The notes: generated by a model from the sequence alone, not told the origin. A DNA stretch of 32,000 bases from Nitrosopumilus maritimus SCM1 (GCF_000018465.1 NC_010085.1:690001-722000), one strand, 5' to 3'. Counted from the stretch's first letter, positions 17,082-27,122 are shown. Numbers and translations are program-made.

Positions 17082-17158
17082 TGGCGCCGCCCATCAGACT
17101 TGAACTGACGACCGTCCGATTAACAGTCGGATGCTCTACCACGCTGAGCTAGGGCGGC
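17082..17158 (-). tRNA. tRNA-Asn (GTT), CCA encoded
   Basis: Minus strand: GCCGCCC TA GCTC AGCGTGGTA GAGC A TCCGA CTGTTAA TCGGA CGGTC GTCAG TTCAAGT CTGAT GGGCGGC G CCA. Full cloverleaf with GTT anticodon. Confidence 0.97.
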
Positions 17159-17230
17159 AACATGTTTGTACCTTGACAAAAGTGATTTAATCCTTGCGAC
17201 TATACAATTTAGACCAAAGTTGTTAGTAGT

Positions 17231-17518
17231 TTAGTTAAATTTTGCAAAAAATTCTTTAATTTCTTTTGAATGACTTTCTACCAATTCGATTATTTCCAGG
17301 TGTTCATCTGCAGTAGGTTCTCTTTGATGCACAACTTGAAATGCACTAAGTGCTGAACCCACCATTTCTCCAACAAAAAAACCGCACAAGAAATCTCCAA
17401 TTTTTTCACAATTCCAAATCTCACCAACTCTTGGAGATGCTCCTGATTTTTTGTATAATTCCAAAGTCTGCAGAATTAGGTCTGTTGTTTGTTTAGAAAA
17501 TTCAGGATCTAGGGTCAT
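17231..17518 (-). CDS. hypothetical protein (95 aa)
   Basis: Complete ORF just downstream of rpl6 on the same strand. Confidence 0.6.
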   Translation of the reverse strand: MTLDPEFSKQTTDLILQTLELYKKSGASPRVGEIWNCEKIGDFLCGFFVGEMVGSALSAFQVVHQREPTADEHLEIIELVESHSKEIKEFFAKFN

Positions 17519-17533
17519 TAGAAAAACTAGAAT

Positions 17534-18091
17534 CTATTTTTCTATACCTTTTTTCTTTTCATAGACGTAGATGCCGTCTAGGAAAACTCTATGATCTTTA
17601 TTTTTTACTTTAGTTGTTAATTCAATATTTGCAGCAGTTTGTGTAATGTCTGTCCAAACTTCGCCAGTAAGAAGTACGTCTTCTCCTTTTGGAATTACTT
17701 TTGTATTTCCCATAATGTGAGTACTTCTTGGTGCTCTTTCACCTTGGAAATTCTCAATTAGAATTTTTTTACCTTCTACTTTCACTGTAATTGGAAAGTG
17801 TGCAAAGACTACTTTCATTTTTATTGTATATCCTTCTACTAGACCTTCGCAAATATTTCTAATAATTGATCTTGCAGTGTGTAATATTGCATAGTCTCTT
17901 TTTCTCTCACCAATTGTTTTGAGATTTACTTTGCCATCTGCAATTTCAATTTTTACTGGAATGTTTCTGAAATTTTTGTGAGTTTTACCTAGTGGTCCTT
18001 CAAATAATAACATGTTTTTGTTTTGTGTGACTGTTACTCCTTCAGGAATTTCTACCTGATCTTGCATTTTTTCAAGTTGACTAGTAGACAT
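17534..18091 (-). CDS. rpl6: 50S ribosomal protein L6
   Basis: 185 aa; IPEGVTVTQNKNMLLFEGPLGKTHKNFRN; syntenic with S8. Confidence 0.95.
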   Translation of the reverse strand: MSTSQLEKMQDQVEIPEGVTVTQNKNMLLFEGPLGKTHKNFRNIPVKIEIADGKVNLKTIGERKRDYAILHTARSIIRNICEGLVEGYTIKMKVVFAHFPITVKVEGKKILIENFQGERAPRSTHIMGNTKVIPKGEDVLLTGEVWTDITQTAANIELTTKVKNKDHRVFLDGIYVYEKKKGIEK

Positions 18092-18473
18092 ATCCTATCA
18101 AAAATCCTCCAATTCCTTTTTGTGTTGCTTCATGATGAGACATTACTCCTTGATTAGTAGTAACTAGAAGCATTCCTCTATCATATGCTGGCAAATACTG
18201 TTGTTCCCAATTGTTAAATTCGTCTGTCTTTACTTTGAATCTTGGTGAAATTGCTCCACACTTTGTAATTTTTGCCAATAATTTGATTTTGAATTTTCCC
18301 CCTCTTTTATCATCAATGTGCTCAAACTCTCCAATGTATCCGTCTTTTTGAAGTGTTTTGAGAACTTCAATTCCTAATTTTGAAGTTGGAAGAATTGTAC
18401 ATTCACCTTTTCTTCTTGTTTCATTATTGTATAATGTAACGAATAGATTTGCTAAAATGTTAGTTGCTGGCAT
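18081..18473 (-). CDS. rps8: 30S ribosomal protein S8
   Basis: NILANLFVTLYNNETRRKGE...GVMSHHEATQKGIGGFLIGYVY. Confidence 0.97.
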   Translation of the reverse strand: MPATNILANLFVTLYNNETRRKGECTILPTSKLGIEVLKTLQKDGYIGEFEHIDDKRGGKFKIKLLAKITKCGAISPRFKVKTDEFNNWEQQYLPAYDRGMLLVTTNQGVMSHHEATQKGIGGFLIGYVY

Positions 18474-18479
18474 ATTCTA

Positions 18480-18659
18480 TCACCGATTTTTCCTAAATCC
18501 TAAAGATGTTGCTACTTCTCTGAAGCATCGTCTACATATCATTAAATCATATTTTTGGATAACTGCTGTATAATCTCCGCATCTTTTGCACCATCTTGAT
18601 CCTCTGCCAAAGTCATGCTTTTTTCTTCCAGTAAATTCGTATGATCTATCTTTTGCCAT
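18480..18659 (-). CDS. rps14: 30S ribosomal protein S14 (zinc-binding)
   Basis: Hand-translated MAKDRSYEFTGRKKHDFGRGSRWCKRCGDYTAVIQKYDLMICRRCFREVATSLGFRKNR* (59 aa), between L5 and S8. Too short for the ORF track. Confidence 0.97.
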   Translation of the reverse strand: MAKDRSYEFTGRKKHDFGRGSRWCKRCGDYTAVIQKYDLMICRRCFREVATSLGFRKNR

Positions 18660-19180
18660 TATGCTACCGTCACTCCAAACTCTTTTACTAGATAATCCTT
18701 TGCTTCTTGACTTGTGATAATGTGAGATTTTCCAACACTTGCTTTGTGTTTACTTCTTGTTCTAATTCCATAACCTGGTCTAGTTAGTGTGACTGAAATT
18801 CCAAGACCTAGAATTCCTATTGATGGTTCGTATTTTACACCTGGAATATCGATATGTTCTCTAATTCCAAATGAATAATTTCCAAAGTTATCAAAAGCTC
18901 TTCCATTTACTGTATTTCCCTTTGCTTCAAGCAATCTTTTCAATAATGCTTTAGCATCATCGCCTCTAATTGTTACTGCAACACCAATTGGTTCGCCTTT
19001 TCTAACTCCCCAATCCCTTTGTGTCTCTTTTGCATTACGTGCTGATGGTTTTTTACCTGAAATTTGCTCTAAAGCTCTACTTGCAATCTCAATCACATCT
19101 CCTGATTTTCCAACTCCCATGTTGAGAACAACTTTCTCTAAGGAGATTTTTTTCATTGGGGATTCTGTTGTTTGAGACAT
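18659..19180 (-). CDS. rpl5: 50S ribosomal protein L5
   Basis: PMKKISLEKVVLNMGVGKSGD...RPGYGIRTRSKHKASVGKSHIITSQEAKDYL. Confidence 0.97.
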   Translation of the reverse strand: MSQTTESPMKKISLEKVVLNMGVGKSGDVIEIASRALEQISGKKPSARNAKETQRDWGVRKGEPIGVAVTIRGDDAKALLKRLLEAKGNTVNGRAFDNFGNYSFGIREHIDIPGVKYEPSIGILGLGISVTLTRPGYGIRTRSKHKASVGKSHIITSQEAKDYLVKEFGVTVA

Positions 19181-19184
19181 ATTA

Positions 19185-19901
19185 TCACTTTAATTGAATT
19201 ACTGGTTCCTCTTTTCCAATTGGCATAATGATGTCTGCTGGAATTTCGATTTTTCTATCTCCTAAAGATAGAATGACTCTTTTTGGAAGAATGAATGTAC
19301 CTTCTTCAATACTTTCAATCTTTCCGATTTGTCCTGCGTTAATTCCACGTGTTACTAATCCGTGATTACCTGATTCTAATTTGATTACTTCAAGAATTTT
19401 TTGATCTGGTACTTGTATTAAACACACATCACCAACACTTACTTTGGTATCTGAAATTGTTGAACGTCCATCATGGAATCCAATTTGCATTTTTCCTTTA
19501 CTAATTGTAGTTTTACTTGTAACTCTTACAAGCTTCTTTGTTTTTTCTGATTCGTTAATTTTGATTGGTTTTAGTAATTTACCATCTGTTGGGACAAGAC
19601 GATAAATATCTGAAACATTTTCTAGTTCAACTACGTCCATTAATCCAATTGCATGATGTAATGATTTTCTAACAACACCGTCAATCTTTACCTTTCCAGT
19701 ATAGATTGAAGTCTTTGCTTCTCTAAGACTTGTTACAATTTTTAACATGTCTCTTAGGAACACTGCTGTTGGAACTGCATGATGTTTTTTGTGTGGTCCT
19801 GGTCTTGTTGTGATTACAAATCTCTTGTCTTTTCTGGCAATGCCCCAGAATTGAGGTGCCATTTGACGTTTGAGTTTTTTACTACCTGAAATACTTACCA
19901 T
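19185..19901 (-). CDS. rps4e: 30S ribosomal protein S4e
   Basis: SGSKKLKRQMAPQFWGIARKDKRFVITTRPGPHKK. Confidence 0.97.
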   Translation of the reverse strand: MVSISGSKKLKRQMAPQFWGIARKDKRFVITTRPGPHKKHHAVPTAVFLRDMLKIVTSLREAKTSIYTGKVKIDGVVRKSLHHAIGLMDVVELENVSDIYRLVPTDGKLLKPIKINESEKTKKLVRVTSKTTISKGKMQIGFHDGRSTISDTKVSVGDVCLIQVPDQKILEVIKLESGNHGLVTRGINAGQIGKIESIEEGTFILPKRVILSLGDRKIEIPADIIMPIGKEEPVIQLK

Positions 19902-20407
19902 TAATTCTCATCTTCCTTTTCTTCGGATTTTTTCTCTACTTTTGTTTCTTTAGGCTCTTCTTTGGCCGGTTTTTCTTCTGCTTTTGGAGTCTCTTTCTTT
20001 GGTTCCTCTTTTGCTGGTTTTTCAGCTGCTTTTGGTGCTTCTTTAGGCTGCTTTCTTGGGTCTTTACCCTCGAGTTTTGCTATTCTCCATTTGTCTTCTG
20101 TGTTTAATGATGTGACTAGTAAGTTTGAAGTGTGAATGAATACATCAAATTTGTCTCCTTTTGTTTTTTCTTTCTTTACTCCTTCAATTGCAACACTACT
20201 TTTCGCTGTAGATACTTCTGCAACTTTACCATCTACTCCTTTGAATTCTCCTCTAAGAATTGTAACACTGTCTCCTTCATTTACTCTGACACTTCTCTTT
20301 CCATATTTTTTCTGAAGATCTTTTGATAGTGCACTACCAAGTTGTTTACTTTTTGTTTGGTAAGATGCACGATAAATCATCTTGTTACGCATTTTAGTTG
20401 GTTTCAT
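19901..20407 (-). CDS. rpl24: 50S ribosomal protein L24 with long charged C-terminal tail
   Basis: KOW region [24 protein letters not shown], followed by a tail of about 50 aa rich in K/E/P/A. Confidence 0.93.
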   Translation of the reverse strand: MKPTKMRNKMIYRASYQTKSKQLGSALSKDLQKKYGKRSVRVNEGDSVTILRGEFKGVDGKVAEVSTAKSSVAIEGVKKEKTKGDKFDVFIHTSNLLVTSLNTEDKWRIAKLEGKDPRKQPKEAPKAAEKPAKEEPKKETPKAEEKPAKEEPKETKVEKKSEEKEDEN

Positions 20408-20411
20408 TTTC

Positions 20412-20834
20412 TTATACCACCATTGATGCCAAGTTAGCTACTCTTGGCCATTTTTCTGAAGCTTCTGCTGCTACTGGTCCTTTGATGTCTGTTCCTTTTG
20501 TTTCTCCTTCTGGAGTGATCAACACTGCTGCGTTGTCTTCAAAACAAACTCTTACACCGTTTAATCTGCGAACTGGATACTTTTGTCTAATTATAACTGC
20601 ACCATACACTTGTTTTCTTAATTCAGCTGGTCCCTTCTTTACAACAACATTACAAAAGTCACCAACTGATGCTGAAGGCAATCTTGATGCTCTTGTTCTA
20701 TGTCTTGGAACATTAATTACTTCTAAAATTTTTGCACCAGAATTATCTGCACACACAATATTTGCCCCTACTGGAATTACTTTAGTTACATATGGGCGGA
20801 ATTCTTCTACTCCTTTACCTGCTTGTTTTGCCAT
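20412..20834 (-). CDS. rpl14: 50S ribosomal protein L14
   Basis: [19 protein letters not shown]...[19 protein letters not shown]. Confidence 0.97.
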   Translation of the reverse strand: MAKQAGKGVEEFRPYVTKVIPVGANIVCADNSGAKILEVINVPRHRTRASRLPSASVGDFCNVVVKKGPAELRKQVYGAVIIRQKYPVRRLNGVRVCFEDNAAVLITPEGETKGTDIKGPVAAEASEKWPRVANLASMVV

Positions 20835-21157
20835 TATGATCTAACCTCCACAACAACATATGATACTGATTTTGATATTGGTCTGCATTCTGCAGTCAAT
20901 ACATTGTCTCCTGATTCAACATCAATACATCCAGGAACATGAGCATGAATACTGCTCTTACCTCTTGCATATCTCTTGAATTTGTTAAAGTAAACTGGTG
21001 CATCTTTTTGCAAAGTGATAGTTTGTTTTGCTTTACTTCCTGTTACTTTACCATCAAAGAGTTTGCCTCTAATTGCTAATTCTCCGTGGAATGGACAGTT
21101 TTTATCTTCACATTCTCTTTTTGGTTCTTTTACTTTTAATCCGATGTTTCTAGTCAT
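20834..21157 (-). CDS. rps17: 30S ribosomal protein S17
   Basis: CPFHGELAIRGKLFDGKVTGSKAKQTITLQKD...HAHVPGCIDVESGDNVLTAECRPISKS. Confidence 0.97.
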   Translation of the reverse strand: MTRNIGLKVKEPKRECEDKNCPFHGELAIRGKLFDGKVTGSKAKQTITLQKDAPVYFNKFKRYARGKSSIHAHVPGCIDVESGDNVLTAECRPISKSVSYVVVEVRS

Positions 21158-21420
21158 GCCTTTCCTCCAATTCTATCAAATGGTCTTTTTGCAATTCTGG
21201 ACCCTTCAACAATAACATCGTTACTATCAATTGAGAATTTCCAATTGCTTGTTGATTTTGCAATTGATTTCATTCCATTTTCTGTGTTAATTGTAAACAT
21301 TGATTTTGTTTCATTTTCAATTCTTCCATTTAATCCTATAACTTGTGGATTAGTTGATTGTACAATCTCTGTGTTTAATCCGATAAATTCATGTGATGTG
21401 ATGTTATCTGCTGTAATCAT
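21154..21420 (-). CDS. rnp1: ribonuclease P protein component 1 (Rpp29/Pop4)
   Basis: 88 aa; HEFIGLNTEIVQSTNPQVIGLNGRIENETKSMFTI, located between S17 and L29 as in other archaea. Confidence 0.9.
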   Translation of the reverse strand: MITADNITSHEFIGLNTEIVQSTNPQVIGLNGRIENETKSMFTINTENGMKSIAKSTSNWKFSIDSNDVIVEGSRIAKRPFDRIGGKA

Positions 21421-21623
21421 TTCTCTTTCTTCATCTCGTTTAGTCTAGTCAGCATTCTTGCAATGTCGTGTCGTATTGGCTTTAGTTTTCCACTTTCTTT
21501 TCTGAGTGTTCCTTTAGCTGCATCTACTCTAAGTTTTCCAAGTTCGCTTCTTGATTCTTGGATCTTGCTTTTTAGATCTTTTTCATTTAGTTGTTTAATT
21601 GTCTTCATGCTGATTCTGGTCAT
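21417..21623 (-). CDS. rpl29: 50S ribosomal protein L29
   Basis: [46 protein letters not shown]. Confidence 0.95.
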   Translation of the reverse strand: MTRISMKTIKQLNEKDLKSKIQESRSELGKLRVDAAKGTLRKESGKLKPIRHDIARMLTRLNEMKKEK

Positions 21624-22375
21624 TTGAGTTTGGCCTCCTCTTCTTCTAATGTTTCAAGATCTTTCATCTTCTCTTCTTCTATTGCAATTTGTTCAGATTC
21701 TGTTCTTGCTTTCTTTTCTGCTGCGGTTTCATCTCTCATCTTGCCTGTCTCTGCATCTTTGACTTGTTTTGCTTTCTTTGGTTTCTCTGCCTTCATTTCA
21801 AACTCTGGAACAAATTTTTCTTTTCTTGCTATTCTAATTCTAATTCCGATTAATCCCATTGCAGTTCCTACATGTGCAATATCTTCTGCAACAATTACTT
21901 CTGCGTGATGACCTGCTCTTGGTAAAATTCCTGCTGTGTGTTTTTCAAATGCAGAACGGTCTCCTCTTAGTTTACCTGAAATTGTAATTTGAACTCCCAT
22001 TGCACCATTTTCCATAATTTGTTTTAGAGTCCACATGGTTGCTCTTCTAAACGCGGTACCTCTTTCAAGATGTGAAGCCATTCTGTTACACATCACGCTT
22101 GGTGATAATTCTGGTTTCTCAATCTCTACCACTGAAATTTGTGGGTTCTTTAATCCAAAGTCTGTTGCTAATTTGTCAGTAAGGTCTCTAATTCCTGAAC
22201 CTTTTCTTCCGATAACTATTCCTGGTCTTGTAACATGTAATGCAACTCTAGTACCTGTTGGCGTCTTTGAGATTTCTGCATGTGAAAATCCTGCTTCTTT
22301 GATTGCGTCTCTAAGATAATCTTTGAGTAGCATCATGTTGTAGTTGTCTTTGATTACGTTTTTCACAGATGACAT
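21620..22375 (-). CDS. rps3: 30S ribosomal protein S3
   Basis: KH domain ([16 protein letters not shown]) and [23 protein letters not shown]; long charged C-terminal tail. Confidence 0.97.
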   Translation of the reverse strand: MSSVKNVIKDNYNMMLLKDYLRDAIKEAGFSHAEISKTPTGTRVALHVTRPGIVIGRKGSGIRDLTDKLATDFGLKNPQISVVEIEKPELSPSVMCNRMASHLERGTAFRRATMWTLKQIMENGAMGVQITISGKLRGDRSAFEKHTAGILPRAGHHAEVIVAEDIAHVGTAMGLIGIRIRIARKEKFVPEFEMKAEKPKKAKQVKDAETGKMRDETAAEKKARTESEQIAIEEEKMKDLETLEEEEAKLK

Positions 22376-22377
22376 TT

Positions 22378-22845
22378 CTAAATCTCCTGAGCCACCAACT
22401 CTACATGTGTTAATACATTGTTCTTTGGAGTTGCTCTTCCCATTGCTCTTGGGATGAATCTTTTTACAATCACTCCTTTGTGAACTGTTGCATTTACAAT
22501 CTTTAATCTATCTAAATCCATTCCTTTGTATTCTGCATTTGATTCTAAATTATCTAAAACTTTGATGAATTCTCTTGCTGTTTTTTGTGGGTAACGTCCT
22601 GACATCATTCCTGGGTCTGCTTTGTGTCCTACTTGGTTTTTGTATCTTCTAAATGCAACTGCTCTGTCTTTGTTTACTACTGCTTGTAAGTAATCTCTTG
22701 CTTTCTCAATTGATAGTCCTTTGATTGCAACTGCAACTTCTCTTGCATGTTTATGAGACATGTCTTTTTCTCTAACTGAAGAACGTACATGTCTTGTTGC
22801 ATCATAATTTTGGAAAGCGTAACCGAATCTACCCATAATAATCAC
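22378..22845 (-). CDS. rpl22: 50S ribosomal protein L22
   Basis: [30 protein letters not shown]...[17 protein letters not shown]. Confidence 0.96.
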   Translation of the reverse strand: MIIMGRFGYAFQNYDATRHVRSSVREKDMSHKHAREVAVAIKGLSIEKARDYLQAVVNKDRAVAFRRYKNQVGHKADPGMMSGRYPQKTAREFIKVLDNLESNAEYKGMDLDRLKIVNATVHKGVIVKRFIPRAMGRATPKNNVLTHVELVAQEI

Positions 22846-23237
22846 TTCAATGGCACGTAAAGGCTGGATCTTGATGCACCTACACCAGGTGCACCGTGTG
22901 AAACCTTTCTGTTTGTTATGACATATTCTCCCAAGTAATGACCAATCATTTCTGTTCTGATTGTAACTGGTCTGAATTCTTTTCCTGAGAAAACATTTAC
23001 TGTAACATCTACCATGTATGGTAGGATAATTAAATCTCTAACATGAGTCTTGATTGGGTTTTTTAATTTGCCTGCTTTTGCTGCTTTGATCTCTTCAATT
23101 AGTTTTCTTTTACCATCGGTAATTCCTCTAGTAAGAGATCTTCTTTGTCTTGCATTGAATAATTGGAATAATTTTTCTAATGACATGTTGTCAAGTTCTT
23201 CTTTTGGAATTCCTCTATATGCAAATTCTTTAACCAT
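22842..23237 (-). CDS. rps19: 30S ribosomal protein S19
   Basis: FTYRGIPKEEL-type N-terminus; IKTHVRDLIILPYMV...[38 protein letters not shown]. Confidence 0.97.
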   Translation of the reverse strand: MVKEFAYRGIPKEELDNMSLEKLFQLFNARQRRSLTRGITDGKRKLIEEIKAAKAGKLKNPIKTHVRDLIILPYMVDVTVNVFSGKEFRPVTIRTEMIGHYLGEYVITNRKVSHGAPGVGASRSSLYVPLK

Positions 23238-23264
23238 TTTTGTTCTTCACCTTCTAGCTCCCTA

Positions 23265-23531
23265 TTATAGCATTCCTATCTTTGTTGCGAGGTCTCTTGC
23301 TTTTTCTGTATTTTCGAACTGGACAAATGCTTTCTTACCGTAAATGGTTCTTGCTGTGTTGACGTTCAGGACTTTTTCATTGTATAATGTGTTAACTGCT
23401 TCAGAAATTTCTGGTTTGCTTGCTGATCTCTCTACTATGAAACAAATCTTACTTTCATTTTCTACCATTGCAAATGTCTTTTCAGTAATGTATGGTTTGA
23501 GTATGATTTTACTTGCTTGATCTACATTCAT
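23265..23531 (-). CDS. rpl23: 50S ribosomal protein L23
   Basis: IILKPYITEKTFAMVENESKICFIVERSASKPEISEAV. Confidence 0.95.
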   Translation of the reverse strand: MNVDQASKIILKPYITEKTFAMVENESKICFIVERSASKPEISEAVNTLYNEKVLNVNTARTIYGKKAFVQFENTEKARDLATKIGML

Positions 23532-24343
23532 TGTACTTTCGCCATTACCTCTAGATGTGTTGATTTTATTTTTCCAATCTCTTCAATTGCAGATTTGGAA
23601 TAAACGGTTAATCTAATTGGGTCTGAACCCGGAGCTAAGTCTAATACGCTCAAATCTTTGACACTTGTTGCCTCTACACCTGGTAGTGCACCAATTGCTT
23701 TTGAAATATTTGATGCATCTTTTGTTACAAACAATACACTTTTTCCAACTTTCTTACTTCTTCCTCTAAGTCTTGATTGTCCAGAACGTGCTTTTCTTGT
23801 TTCTAATCTTTGTACATCTTGTGTTAGTTTTAATGAATCAAGTATTTTGGATACTTCGCTTGTTTTAGATACTGATTCAATATCATCTGAAACTACAATT
23901 GGGAATGATTCTATTCCTTCTACTTTATGTCCTCTTGATTCAACTCTATCTTTTGATGCAGTTGCAGCAATTGCAGAACATAATGCTAGTTTCTTTTCTT
24001 TTTTGTTTAATTTTTTGTAGATTACTTTCTCAACAATAGGTGGGTGTGCTTGTCTTCCTCCTCTAGTTGATGCAACTTCTGCACCTTGTCCTTGTCTTCC
24101 ACCACCTCCACCTTGTGCTCTAGCAACACGAGATACACCTTGACCTGTTGGTGGATCGTTAGAGTCTGCAACTACATCTTGTCCTGCAGTTGGGTGTCTT
24201 CCTTGTGGTTGGAATTTGTGTGATGTAAGATTAGTGAAAGCTTTGTGAATTAATTCTCTTCTAAATGGTGTAGAAAATACTGCTGGTAACTCTACTTCGC
24301 CATCTTTTGTTCCAGTTGTTGTATATACTGCTGTCTTGGTCAT
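23528..24343 (-). CDS. rpl4: 50S ribosomal protein L4 (L1e family)
   Basis: FSTPFRRELIHKAF...GVSRVARAQGGGGGRQGQGAEVASTRGGRQAHPP. Confidence 0.96.
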   Translation of the reverse strand: MTKTAVYTTTGTKDGEVELPAVFSTPFRRELIHKAFTNLTSHKFQPQGRHPTAGQDVVADSNDPPTGQGVSRVARAQGGGGGRQGQGAEVASTRGGRQAHPPIVEKVIYKKLNKKEKKLALCSAIAATASKDRVESRGHKVEGIESFPIVVSDDIESVSKTSEVSKILDSLKLTQDVQRLETRKARSGQSRLRGRSKKVGKSVLFVTKDASNISKAIGALPGVEATSVKDLSVLDLAPGSDPIRLTVYSKSAIEEIGKIKSTHLEVMAKVQ

Positions 24344-25335
24344 ACTACTACCTCCAAGATATTTGGTTTGTTGACTTTGTCTGGAACATTTCTGATTTGA
24401 CTTCTTAGTTTGATTAGTCTTCTATATGCTCCAGGAACTGAACCTTTTAGAACAATAAAGTCTCCTTTAACTAAACCAAAATGTTTGAACCCTCCATCTG
24501 GATTGATTTTTAATTTATCATCATCAGTGTTACCCATAATCATAATTCTTTTGTCATATTCTACTCTTTGATGGAATCCGAACTGTCCTGCTCTTGGAAC
24601 TGTATACATGACACTTTGTGGTGAGATTGGACCTAGTGAACCAACTTCTCTAACTGTCTTTCTTGATTTGTGTTGTTTCTTTTTTACGTTCCATCTTTTC
24701 AAAACACCTTGCCATCCCTTACCTTTTGTTATTGCTGCAACGTCAACACTTGCGCCGGTTTCGAAAATCTGATCAATCTTAATTTCTTTTCCAAGTAATT
24801 CTTTGACATGTGCAAATTGTTTTGGAATGTCTCCTCCGCTTACTGAAGCTTCAAAGATGTATGGTTTCTTTTGCTCAAGTCCTGCAGCACTTGGAGATAT
24901 TGCAACAATTGCAAAAATCTCTTTAATCTTTTTCAAACTTTTTTCTGCATTATCTAATGCATTTTCTTGTTTGTTCTTTAATGAAATTTCTTTGGCGATG
25001 CTTTTTGGAATATCTTCTGCATAAACATCAAACTCTGCATGTAATCCGTCATGATCTTTTGAATAACCTCTAATTCCTAAAATCAATACTGGTGGTGTAA
25101 CTAGAACTGTTCCAAGACTTACTAGTTGTTTTCCTGCATTGGGCACTTTTTCACGATCATCAATACTGACAATCTGAACGCATCCTGCTTTGAAACCACA
25201 ATGAGCTAATATTTTTGGCTCTTCTGAATCTAACTTTGGCCATGCTCTGATTCTTGCCTCCATGCTTTTAGCACGTACTCTAGGTGAATACGCAAGGCTT
25301 CCTCTACGTGGTGAATGTCTTTTTCTAGCACCCAT
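24340..25335 (-). CDS. rpl3: 50S ribosomal protein L3
   Basis: KRHSPRRGSLAYSPRVRAKS...KGKGWQGVLKRWNVKKKQHKSRKTVREVGSLGPISPQSVMYTVPRAGQFGFHQRVEYDKRIM. Confidence 0.97.
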   Translation of the reverse strand: MGARKRHSPRRGSLAYSPRVRAKSMEARIRAWPKLDSEEPKILAHCGFKAGCVQIVSIDDREKVPNAGKQLVSLGTVLVTPPVLILGIRGYSKDHDGLHAEFDVYAEDIPKSIAKEISLKNKQENALDNAEKSLKKIKEIFAIVAISPSAAGLEQKKPYIFEASVSGGDIPKQFAHVKELLGKEIKIDQIFETGASVDVAAITKGKGWQGVLKRWNVKKKQHKSRKTVREVGSLGPISPQSVMYTVPRAGQFGFHQRVEYDKRIMIMGNTDDDKLKINPDGGFKHFGLVKGDFIVLKGSVPGAYRRLIKLRSQIRNVPDKVNKPNILEVVV

Positions 25336-25427
25336 GACTAAATCGCATCATCGATTGCCCTCTATTAAACCATGTGAGACCTGGTTAACCACTAAAAAAA
25401 TACTAGTTAACCAACTGTGCCTAAAAA

Positions 25428-25538
25428 TCAAGGATTTAGAACTTCATTTAACATATTCCAAATTGTAATTGTACCGATAACAATACCTGCAGCTCCCACT
25501 CCAATTGCTAATAACAAAAAATTTTTTCTTTCTGCCAT
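25428..25538 (-). CDS. small single-TM protein (36 aa)
   Basis: Hand-translated MAERKNFLLLAIGVGAAGIVIGTITIWNMLNEVLNP*. Sits between rpl3 and the SPOUT-like gene on the same strand; missing from the ORF track. Confidence 0.55.
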   Translation of the reverse strand: MAERKNFLLLAIGVGAAGIVIGTITIWNMLNEVLNP

Positions 25539-25540
25539 GA

Positions 25541-26353
25541 TTATGATACACTTTGTGCATTAATTATTGATAATGTTCCAAGTAATGCTTCTTCTAGTCG
25601 TACTGTTTGTGTAGCTTGGTTTGGAAAAAAGTTTAGTGACTTTGCATTTTGTACATTTTTCATCTTTCCACCTAGAATTTCATGAATTCCTTTCTCAGGA
25701 GAACCAAATACTACAAGTGTTGGCTGATCTGACTTTGTATATTTTGCAATTTGTTCTTTTGTTGCAGTTTTACCCTTTCTTGATGTAAGAATTATGTTCC
25801 CTTTCCATTCTGATAACAATGAAAACAGGTTTGAACGTTCTTTGACGGTATATCCCCAATAATCGGGTGCTTCATTTCTGTTGATTTCTTTAATTGAAAA
25901 GTTTGGATGTCCTTCCTTGAATTGTACTGTCACTCTTTTTCCCATTAGTGTTTTGCCAAAAAATGGAATCAATTGGTTGATTCCAACATCAACAAATCGT
26001 TTTCCTTTGACACTTACTACTATTCCCTCTCTTACATCTCCTTTGTTTATCTTCTTTGGATTTGCTGGTGTAGCGTGACTTGGTATTCTCAGTGGTTGTA
26101 AAACTCCTGCAAACTTCAAATCATTTACTTTTGAAAATAATCTTCGTCTCAAAAATTGTGGAGTTTCTAAATATTTCAGAATCATTACCATGAGATTTCC
26201 ATCTTGTTTGTTGTTTCCTTCTTGGTAGACATAGATTGTCTCAATTTTGAAAATTGCACATGCTCTTGCTAGAACTGAAATTTTTCTAGTCTTGTCTATC
26301 TTTAATGATTCATCTGATAGTGAAGATTCTGGAATTGCAACAGATAATTTCAA
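25541..26353 (-). CDS. SPOUT-superfamily putative RNA methyltransferase (COG2106-like)
   Basis: 270 aa; LSVAIPESSLSDESLKIDKTRKISVLARACAIFKIETIYVYQEG...YLETPQFLRRRLF; adjacent to rpl3, as in many archaea. Confidence 0.85.
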   Translation of the reverse strand: MKLSVAIPESSLSDESLKIDKTRKISVLARACAIFKIETIYVYQEGNNKQDGNLMVMILKYLETPQFLRRRLFSKVNDLKFAGVLQPLRIPSHATPANPKKINKGDVREGIVVSVKGKRFVDVGINQLIPFFGKTLMGKRVTVQFKEGHPNFSIKEINRNEAPDYWGYTVKERSNLFSLLSEWKGNIILTSRKGKTATKEQIAKYTKSDQPTLVVFGSPEKGIHEILGGKMKNVQNAKSLNFFPNQATQTVRLEEALLGTLSIINAQSVS

Positions 26354-26384
26354 TATAATCGAGTCTCACAAACAGATAAAATAA

Positions 26385-27122
26385 TTAGTTCTTGTCGTGT
26401 GGATAGTTTTGTTTTGCAGCATTTGCATAATTTGCAACCTGCTCTTCTGAAACTATTTCATACAACCCGCTATCTGTTTTGATATGTGCCATTCTGATAT
26501 GACCAGTTCCATCTTTGTCTTCACTTGATAGATAAATTCCTGCAGCTGCTAATGCAGATGCATCATCTAATGAAAGATCATTCTTGTATGTTTTTTCTAA
26601 AAAGTCAGTTACTTCATCAGAACCTGAACCAATTGCAATTGCATCATATGAGATGTATGTTCCACTTGGGTCAGTCAAATACAATTGTGGCTTACCTCCA
26701 ACAACTCCTCCAAGAATTAGTGCAACACCAAATGGTCTTACACCTGCATATTGGGTATATTGTTGAGATTGATCAGCTAAGTGTTTAGCAATTGTTTCAA
26801 CTTCTACTGGTTCATCGTAAATCATTTTGTTACTTTGAGAAAAGAATCGTGCATTGTCAACTTGACTTCTTGCATCTGGAATGTATCCTGCTGCAGCAAC
26901 TCCAACATGATCATCAATTTGGAAAATCTTTTGTGCTGTTTTAGAAATTTGTAATTTTCTTGGTTTTTCTTCAACTGCAATTACGATACCATCTTTACAC
27001 TTTACACCTACTGCAATTGTTCCTCTTCTTACAGTCTCAATTGCATATTCGACTTGGTATAATCTGCCGTCTGGTGAGAACACTGTAATTGCTCTATCGT
27101 AACCTTGTTGTGCAGGAAGCAT
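26385..27122 (-). CDS. psmA: 20S proteasome alpha subunit
   Basis: QQGYDRAITVFSPDGRLYQVEYAIETVRRGTIAVGVKCKDGIVIAVEEK. Confidence 0.97.
   Translation of the reverse strand: MLPAQQGYDRAITVFSPDGRLYQVEYAIETVRRGTIAVGVKCKDGIVIAVEEKPRKLQISKTAQKIFQIDDHVGVAAAGYIPDARSQVDNARFFSQSNKMIYDEPVEVETIAKHLADQSQQYTQYAGVRPFGVALILGGVVGGKPQLYLTDPSGTYISYDAIAIGSGSDEVTDFLEKTYKNDLSLDDASALAAAGIYLSSEDKDGTGHIRMAHIKTDSGLYEIVSEEQVANYANAAKQNYPHDKN

Noticed and set aside
16981-17158. Palindromes beside tRNA-Asn as attachment sites of an integrated element.
   Set aside because: No integrase, no second tRNA fragment or att repeat, and no mobile gene content in the window. The palindromes are kept as findings, but not as evidence of an integrated element.
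20398-20844. Long plus-strand ORF (148 aa) opposite L14, and similar plus-strand ORFs opposite S3, L4, S17 and psmA.
   Set aside because: Antisense shadow ORFs of highly expressed ribosomal and proteasome genes, a codon-bias artefact.
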